Below, in pieces: positions 58,998 to 64,000 of a DNA stretch of 64,000 nucleotides. The notes below the pieces were generated by a model. It saw only the letters and a program-made list of their open reading frames with translations, was not told the DNA's origin and did no database searches. The translations under genes and the position numbers were made by a program. The DNA is from an uncultured bacterium (GTDB taxonomy: Bacteria > Hydrothermota > UBA3072 > B12-G15). Numbering within the stretch: position 1 is the first letter of the stretch; every line of letters begins with the position of its first letter. Location of the stretch: contig CAZQRW010000003.1 of NCBI GenBank assembly GCA_964596115.1, positions 5,883-69,882 on the forward strand. The letters run 5' to 3'.

Positions 58998-60218
58998 TCA
59001 AAATCCCTTTGCGACAAACAGGTATCCTGCCATCATAGGATCTGTGCCTGTGAAATAGTCCCCAGGCATCCAGTATCCACCAGTAGCACCAATGGAGAAT
59101 TCCTTATTCAGATTTAATGATGCATAGAGGGCTATCTCATTACCCATTGCATTGGGCGTACCCTGTACAGTTTTATACATAAAGTAGTCAGCACGAATGC
59201 TGAATGCGGCAGCATCGTAACCAATATGTCCATTGATCACATTGAGGTTCGGTGTCACAAGATTAAATCCATAAGGGCTCCAGAGTGTGTAGGCAGGACC
59301 AAATCCTACCCATCCCTTATAAAAATCATTGGGATAGGGACCGTATGTTGGAGAGCCATAATCCTCATTCTCCGCAGTAGCAGGGTCATCACCTGAGAAA
59401 TAGTAGTATCCACCACCCACTGTAACAGGGGTAAATGTATAGTTAAGTCTTGCTGAATAATACATACCCTTGTAATCAACAGGTGTAGCTGCGCCATTAT
59501 TTCCCATCATCATTGCAAAATCACCAGTGTAGGAGAGACCCTTCATCGGTGAACCAGCAGAACGGACGCCTACCCACATTGGCTTATCATCACCCTCTGA
59601 TCTCAGGAAGCCAAAACCATTGACCTCAACGTTGCCTTCCATAAGCTTAACGGTAGCCCATACACCGCTAAGATCCTGATCAGGTGGAGGTGTTCCTGCT
59701 GTACCCATCAACATATAACCCATACCACCATTCTCTATAGCCCTGTAGGTGAAAAGATCAATACCCATCATATCGGTATTCACATTGATCTTTACACCTG
59801 TAAATCCATCCTCGCCACCATCAAAGGCAATGTCACCATAAGCCATAGGGATAATACCCACAGTAAATCCTACAGGGGTATCAAATAGATTCTGTGCACT
59901 AACATAGGCATGCATAATATGAGCGCCCATTCCAGCAACACCACTACCCAGTATAGGATGCATACCGTAGTTACCCCAGTCACCAATCCTGACAAGGGCA
60001 GTTACACCATTGCCAAAGTCAGCAGTTGCATTTAAATCTCCGTGAATATAATAGTGCATATCTCCGTCTGCAACACTCGAGTTAAAATCTGCATTCTGCC
60101 ACATAAATGCATAATCATAGAAAAGACCATGCCATTCAACAGTTACTCCCTGAACTGAAAATGTAGCAAGTAGAGTAATAGCTAAAATAGCCATTAATTT
60201 CTTCATAAAACCTCCCAA
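58998..60218 (-). CDS. putative outer-membrane beta-barrel (porin-like) protein
   Basis: 406 aa with a signal peptide (MKKLMAILAITLLATFSVQG) and a Gly/Tyr/Asp-rich sequence of alternating pattern. The C-terminal residue is Phe (...YLFVAKGF), as in outer-membrane beta-barrels. RBS GGGAGG. Confidence 0.5.
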   Translation of the reverse strand: MGGFMKKLMAILAITLLATFSVQGVTVEWHGLFYDYAFMWQNADFNSSVADGDMHYYIHGDLNATADFGNGVTALVRIGDWGNYGMHPILGSGVAGMGAHIMHAYVSAQNLFDTPVGFTVGIIPMAYGDIAFDGGEDGFTGVKINVNTDMMGIDLFTYRAIENGGMGYMLMGTAGTPPPDQDLSGVWATVKLMEGNVEVNGFGFLRSEGDDKPMWVGVRSAGSPMKGLSYTGDFAMMMGNNGAATPVDYKGMYYSARLNYTFTPVTVGGGYYYFSGDDPATAENEDYGSPTYGPYPNDFYKGWVGFGPAYTLWSPYGFNLVTPNLNVINGHIGYDAAAFSIRADYFMYKTVQGTPNAMGNEIALYASLNLNKEFSIGATGGYWMPGDYFTGTDPMMAGYLFVAKGF

Positions 60219-60240
60219 TTTAGATTTAATGTTAACAGTA

Positions 60241-61170
60241 TTATCTTACCCTCATTCCTGCAGTTTCATCCCAATGGAGTGGTTTGTCAAATTTAGGAAG
60301 TGGTGCACCAGGGACTTCCTTTATAGATACACCATATTTCCAATTAGGTGGGCATACTGCGATATAACGTGCATAACCACCAGCTCCATTTTTTGGCTTT
60401 GCAAATCCTATTACTATTAATGCACCAGCCTCAGGGACCTTGTCAAGATTTGTTACACCCTCTGCCTGGCAATAATGGTTATGCATAAGCCAATATTCAC
60501 CTTCAAGTGATGCAGTGGTATCTGTATCAAGTGGTTCGTGACCATGGAATAATATATGTCTCTCCAAATGAAGGAACTTTATGGCATCAAGACCGACACC
60601 AGCAAAGGGGAATTCGTCACATTTTTTCTTATCAGGCCATCTCTTTGACCAATCAGAACGAACCATCACTACAGAGCCAGCGGGTATTTTGCCGTGCTTT
60701 GCTTCCCAATCCTTGATATCCTGAACAGAACAATGATAACCAGGATCCTTAGCCACCTTGTCATGGATATCTATTACTACAAGGGGTCTTATCGCATAGG
60801 TTGCAGGAAGGTCACTTATAGTTGCTGCATATGGTTCCCAGTGAGCAGGTGGGTCTAACTGTGTCCCATACTGGTCAGTTGGGATATAGTAAGCTGTAGC
60901 AATAAATCCATGTTCCTTGTAGGTAAATACCTGGCCCTTTTTGACATAACCTGGCATTTCTTTACCAGCCTTGGCGGGGTAAAATTTTGCATTACCAAAG
61001 CCTACCCAGACAGGGATCGTAGGGGTCATATCATGCGTCAAATCCACATACTTTGCATTCACGAAGTACTTGTTATACACCTTCCATAACGGATAACCTC
61101 TTCCATGGACGTTCACAGAAATCCCGAACAACAAAACAACAGCACCAACAACATAAAACCTTCTGGACAT
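60241..61170 (-). CDS. secreted cyclase-family protein (PF04199-like; kynurenine-formamidase/arylformamidase fold), copy 1
   Basis: Signal peptide MSRRFYVVGAVVLLFGISVNVHG. Motifs QYGTQLDPPAHW and HGHEPLDTDT resemble the HxGTHxDAPxH and second metal-binding motifs of the cyclase family. The likely start is the ATG at 61170; the track's GTG at 61176 lies inside the SD. Confidence 0.65.
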   Translation of the reverse strand: MSRRFYVVGAVVLLFGISVNVHGRGYPLWKVYNKYFVNAKYVDLTHDMTPTIPVWVGFGNAKFYPAKAGKEMPGYVKKGQVFTYKEHGFIATAYYIPTDQYGTQLDPPAHWEPYAATISDLPATYAIRPLVVIDIHDKVAKDPGYHCSVQDIKDWEAKHGKIPAGSVVMVRSDWSKRWPDKKKCDEFPFAGVGLDAIKFLHLERHILFHGHEPLDTDTTASLEGEYWLMHNHYCQAEGVTNLDKVPEAGALIVIGFAKPKNGAGGYARYIAVCPPNWKYGVSIKEVPGAPLPKFDKPLHWDETAGMRVR

Positions 61171-61191
61171 GAACACCTCCTTAGTTTGTTT

Positions 61192-61227
61192 TCACGGATT
61201 TACATCTTTCCTGTTATCTTTTCTCAT
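61192..61227 (-). other. leader mini-ORF (MRKDNRKDVNP) with strong SD, upstream of cyclase copy 1
   Basis: AACAAGGAGGTGCG-ATG, then 11 codons and TGA. It ends 21 nt before the SD of the cyclase gene. Confidence 0.3.
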
Positions 61228-61312
61228 CGCACCTCCTTGTTATTTATTTTTACTTTCTGTTATGATAGACGAAGCAACCAACATATCTATCTGCTTCCCT
61301 GTATTTTTAGAA

Positions 61313-61341
61313 ATTTTAAGTAAAAATAAAAAATTTGTCAA
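61313..61341 (-). promoter_or_regulatory. sigma70-like promoter TTGACA-17-TAAAAT internal to the operon (drives leader plus cyclase copy 1)
   Basis: On the minus strand, TTGACA (complement of 61336-61341), a 17-nt spacer, then TAAAAT (complement of 61313-61318). Confidence 0.4.
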
Positions 61342-61391
61342 GTGTTTTTTTAGTATTATCGATTGCAAAATTCCACAGGAAAATCATATTA

Positions 61392-62318
61392 TTATCTCGT
61401 TCTATAACCCTTTGTTTCATCGTAATAGAGTGGTTTGTCATATGTCGGAAGAGGATACCCTGGATTTTCTTTTATAGATACACCATATTTCCAATCAGGC
61501 GGGCAGATAGCGATATATCTTGCATAAGAACCTGTACCGCCCAGGAATTTTGGGAAACCAACTGCAATAAGGGCACCAGCCTCTGGAACCTTGTCAAGAT
61601 TTGTTACGCCCTCTGCCTGTGTAAAGTTCTGATGTAAGATCCATGCTTCACTGGCAAAATTACTTGTAGTATCAGTGTCCAAACATTCATGTCCGTGGAA
61701 TAATATATGCCTTTGTTCATGGAGGAATTTTACAGCCTCGAGGCATATGCCAGGAAGATGAGATTCAAATGCTTCTCTATCGTCCCATTTCTTTGACCAA
61801 TCAGAACGAATCATTACCACAGAGCCTGCTGGTATTTTGCCGTGCTTTGCTTCCCAGGCCTTTATGTCTTTGATCTGACAGTGATAATCGGGTTCCTTTT
61901 CTGTCTGTTTATGGACATCTATTACTACAAGTGGCCTTATGACATATGTAACTGGTATCTTATCTTGTGTGGTTCCATATGGGTTGAAATGTGCTGGTGC
62001 ATCTAATTGCGTCCCCATTTGATCGGTTGGCAAATAGTAAGCATTACAACAAAAACCATGCTTTTTGTAATTGAAAACCTCACCTTTTTTTGCAAAACCT
62101 GGCACCTCAACACCACATTTGGTAGCGTAGAACTTCGGTTGCCCAAATCCTTTCCAAATTGACATATAGGGAGTGATTGTGTGACTTAAGTCTACAAGCT
62201 TTGCATTTTCGAAATACTTGTAGTACACATTCCATAATGGATACTTTGTTGCATAGACGTTCACAGAAATTCCGAATAACATAACTACTACACCACATAC
62301 ATAAAACCTTTTGGACAT
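61392..62318 (-). CDS. secreted cyclase-family protein, copy 2 (tandem paralog)
   Basis: About 65% identical to copy 1 over the full length, with the same motifs (QMGTQLDAPAHF, HGHECLDTDT) and signal peptide. Likely start at the ATG at 62318. Confidence 0.65.
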   Translation of the reverse strand: MSKRFYVCGVVVMLFGISVNVYATKYPLWNVYYKYFENAKLVDLSHTITPYMSIWKGFGQPKFYATKCGVEVPGFAKKGEVFNYKKHGFCCNAYYLPTDQMGTQLDAPAHFNPYGTTQDKIPVTYVIRPLVVIDVHKQTEKEPDYHCQIKDIKAWEAKHGKIPAGSVVMIRSDWSKKWDDREAFESHLPGICLEAVKFLHEQRHILFHGHECLDTDTTSNFASEAWILHQNFTQAEGVTNLDKVPEAGALIAVGFPKFLGGTGSYARYIAICPPDWKYGVSIKENPGYPLPTYDKPLYYDETKGYRTR

Positions 62319-62376
62319 AAACACCTCCTTACGTTTGTTTTTACAGATTTAAAACTCTCCTTTCATCATTATCATC

Positions 62377-62385
62377 TTACCTCAT
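62377..62385 (-). other. degenerate leader mini-ORF (ATG AGG TAA), homologous to the copy-1 leader
   Basis: Same AACAAGGAGGTGCT SD and ATG AG(A/G) opening as the 11-codon leader of copy 1, but codon 3 is TAA. Confidence 0.25.
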
Positions 62386-62397
62386 AGCACCTCCTTG

Positions 62398-62493
62398 TTA
62401 TTTGTGTTTCATTGCCCTTGATATAAAATAGGCAAGGCCACCGTATAGAATCACAACACCTATGACGAGCATAGCTATAGCAGATGCATTCAT
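62398..62493 (-). CDS. 31-aa hydrophobic peptide (MetS-like small subunit of the NSS transporter)
   Basis: MNASAIAMLVIGVVILYGGLAYFISRAMKHK forms a single TM helix. RBS GGTAAGGAGGAATA-ATG. The start overlaps the transporter stop (TAATG). Not in the ORF track because it is under 60 aa. Confidence 0.45.
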   Translation of the reverse strand: MNASAIAMLVIGVVILYGGLAYFISRAMKHK

Positions 62494-63956
62494 TATTCCT
62501 CCTTACCTTTTATTTTCATTAAGACTACAGATAGAATGATAAATAGAGCCACTATACCAAATCCCACGAATGAGACCCAGCCTGGATATCCACCGTATCC
62601 CTTTCTTACAGTGTTTATGATCTCCATTACGAGTGAGATACCCAGAATTATTGGCGTAATTATCATTATACAGACATCCCACCACCTGCCTATCTTTACT
62701 TCAGAAACACTGTTAACATATTCCCTCATCTTCGATGCCTTAATTACATATCCTACAACTATTGCTTCCAGCAGTCCCACCAATGTTAAAATATATGAGC
62801 AGGTAAAATGGTCAAAGATATCAATCCAGTAATAACCCGCACGAGTGGTAAAAAACAATCCCCCCAAAAATCCAAAAATTACAACGATGGGTAGTATAAA
62901 TTTTCTCGGGAATTTCCATTTATCCATAAAACCTGCGGTAAATGGCTCCACCTGGGATATTTGGGAATCAATCCCAAGTGTTAAAAGTAATATAAAGAAA
63001 ATCACACCAAAGAAGGCAGCCCCAAAAGGTAAAAGAGATATTGTAGTTGGATAAGTGATAAATGCCAGACCGATGCCACTTGATGCTACCTGAGGTACTG
63101 TGACACCCTTTGCCACGGCAAGATATCCGAGGGTGGAGAATACTGCAAATCCAGCAAAGAATGCTGTGCCACAGTTTGCAAGTGATGTTATGAACGCATT
63201 ATTTGCTATATCCGAATCCTTCGGAAGGTAACTGGAATAGATTATAAGAGACCCCATTCCAAGACTCAGGGTAAAAAATATCTGGCCATATGCAGCAAGC
63301 CATGGTTCCGGATTCAGCAGGGACTTAAAATTAGGTGTAAGGTAGTAATTTAAACCATCAACAGCACCCGGTAGGGTCAGACCCCTGACAACCATTATAA
63401 TCAGGATTACCCAGGGGATTGAAACTGTCCAGTAGATTTCTTTACCTATGCTTTTTGTTCCCCTTCTCAGGTAGTTATAAGACCACAGCCATGTTAATGC
63501 AAGACCAATAATAATCATCCAGTTAAGTCCCCCCAATTGACCGGGACCTGAAGAAATATGAAGGAATTTATTAAAGAAGAATGCATTTGGGTTTGCTCCC
63601 CACATTGCCTTAACAGAAAATACGATGTAATTCCATATCCATCCCATTATTACTGAGTAATATAGGAAAATAGACATAACAGCAAAGAGGGCAAGCCAGC
63701 CAATCCATTCCAATCCCTTTTTGATCTTTGCAAATGCTAAGGGTGCTCCGCCCTGTGCCATCCTCCCAAGCCCAAATTCAACAATTACAAGTGGTATACC
63801 AGCTGTAATAAGTGCAATAAAATAAGGAATTAAAAAGGCACCTCCTCCATACCGATAGGTAATATACGGAAACCTCCATACATTACCAAGGCCAATTGCA
63901 GCACCTATTGATGCAAATAGAAAATCAGACCTTCTATTCCATCTTTCTCTTTCCAT
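62493..63956 (-). CDS. neurotransmitter:sodium symporter (NSS/SNF) family transporter
   Basis: N-terminal NSS signature RERWNRRSDFLFASIGAAIGLGNVWRFPY and 11-12 TM helices. Likely start at the ATG at 63956 (RBS AAAGGAGAG); the track's upstream GTG at 63971 falls in the SD region. Confidence 0.85.
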   Translation of the reverse strand: MERERWNRRSDFLFASIGAAIGLGNVWRFPYITYRYGGGAFLIPYFIALITAGIPLVIVEFGLGRMAQGGAPLAFAKIKKGLEWIGWLALFAVMSIFLYYSVIMGWIWNYIVFSVKAMWGANPNAFFFNKFLHISSGPGQLGGLNWMIIIGLALTWLWSYNYLRRGTKSIGKEIYWTVSIPWVILIIMVVRGLTLPGAVDGLNYYLTPNFKSLLNPEPWLAAYGQIFFTLSLGMGSLIIYSSYLPKDSDIANNAFITSLANCGTAFFAGFAVFSTLGYLAVAKGVTVPQVASSGIGLAFITYPTTISLLPFGAAFFGVIFFILLLTLGIDSQISQVEPFTAGFMDKWKFPRKFILPIVVIFGFLGGLFFTTRAGYYWIDIFDHFTCSYILTLVGLLEAIVVGYVIKASKMREYVNSVSEVKIGRWWDVCIMIITPIILGISLVMEIINTVRKGYGGYPGWVSFVGFGIVALFIILSVVLMKIKGKEE

Positions 63957-64000
63957 ATTCTCTCCTTTCACTTTTTAGTAAAGATAACCATCTTTACCTC

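Overview
The window is a 64 kb chromosomal segment from a low-GC (about one third G+C by eye) diderm bacterium, densely coding on both strands. Shine-Dalgarno sites are strong (AAGGAGG) and many adjacent genes overlap by 1-17 nt, suggesting translational coupling. Housekeeping genes include uvrC, rex, cmk-plsC-ispH-rpsA, kdsB, pyrG-kdsA-kdsC-kdsD (the Kdo/LPS pathway, hence an outer membrane), ecfT, truA, accB and accC, thiE, cinA, thpR, recA-recX, acpS, mazG, trmB, an initiator tRNA-fMet, and archease. Two large secreted peptidases (an M14 carboxypeptidase and a C25 gingipain-like peptidase) carry type IX secretion C-terminal sorting domains, which points to the Fibrobacteres-Chlorobi-Bacteroidetes (FCB) group or a related candidate phylum.

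The most unusual content is one tightly coupled plus-strand gene train from about 40.5 to 57.3 kb. In it, accB and accC are interrupted by a pilT twitching-motility ATPase. Downstream, a MglA-type Ras-like GTPase is followed directly by a 571-aa protein made of two tandem DnaA/Hda-like AAA+ modules, a PATAN(DUF4388)-TPR protein, and cheR, cheD, cheB, a TPR protein, an ExeA/GspA-like ATPase, cheW, an MCP and cheW. No cheA, cheY or mglB lies in the window. I read this as a candidate polarity/motility control module of undescribed composition.

Other notable items: (1) an orphan PduT-like tandem-BMC shell protein with the Fe-S cysteine and a leaderless promoter, outside any microcompartment locus; (2) an intact IS1380-family element with 18-bp perfect terminal inverted repeats and a 5-bp TATTT target duplication, inserted about 50 bp upstream of the tRNA-fMet; (3) a compositionally distinct (higher GC) minus-strand operon at 59-64 kb encoding a sodium:solute (NSS) symporter, a 31-aa MetS-like peptide, two tandemly duplicated secreted cyclase/formamidase-family proteins each preceded by a strong-SD leader mini-ORF, and a porin-like beta-barrel; (4) two genes (ecfT, thiE) whose conserved N-termini lie upstream of any canonical start codon. 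No CRISPR arrays, rRNA genes or prophage blocks were seen.
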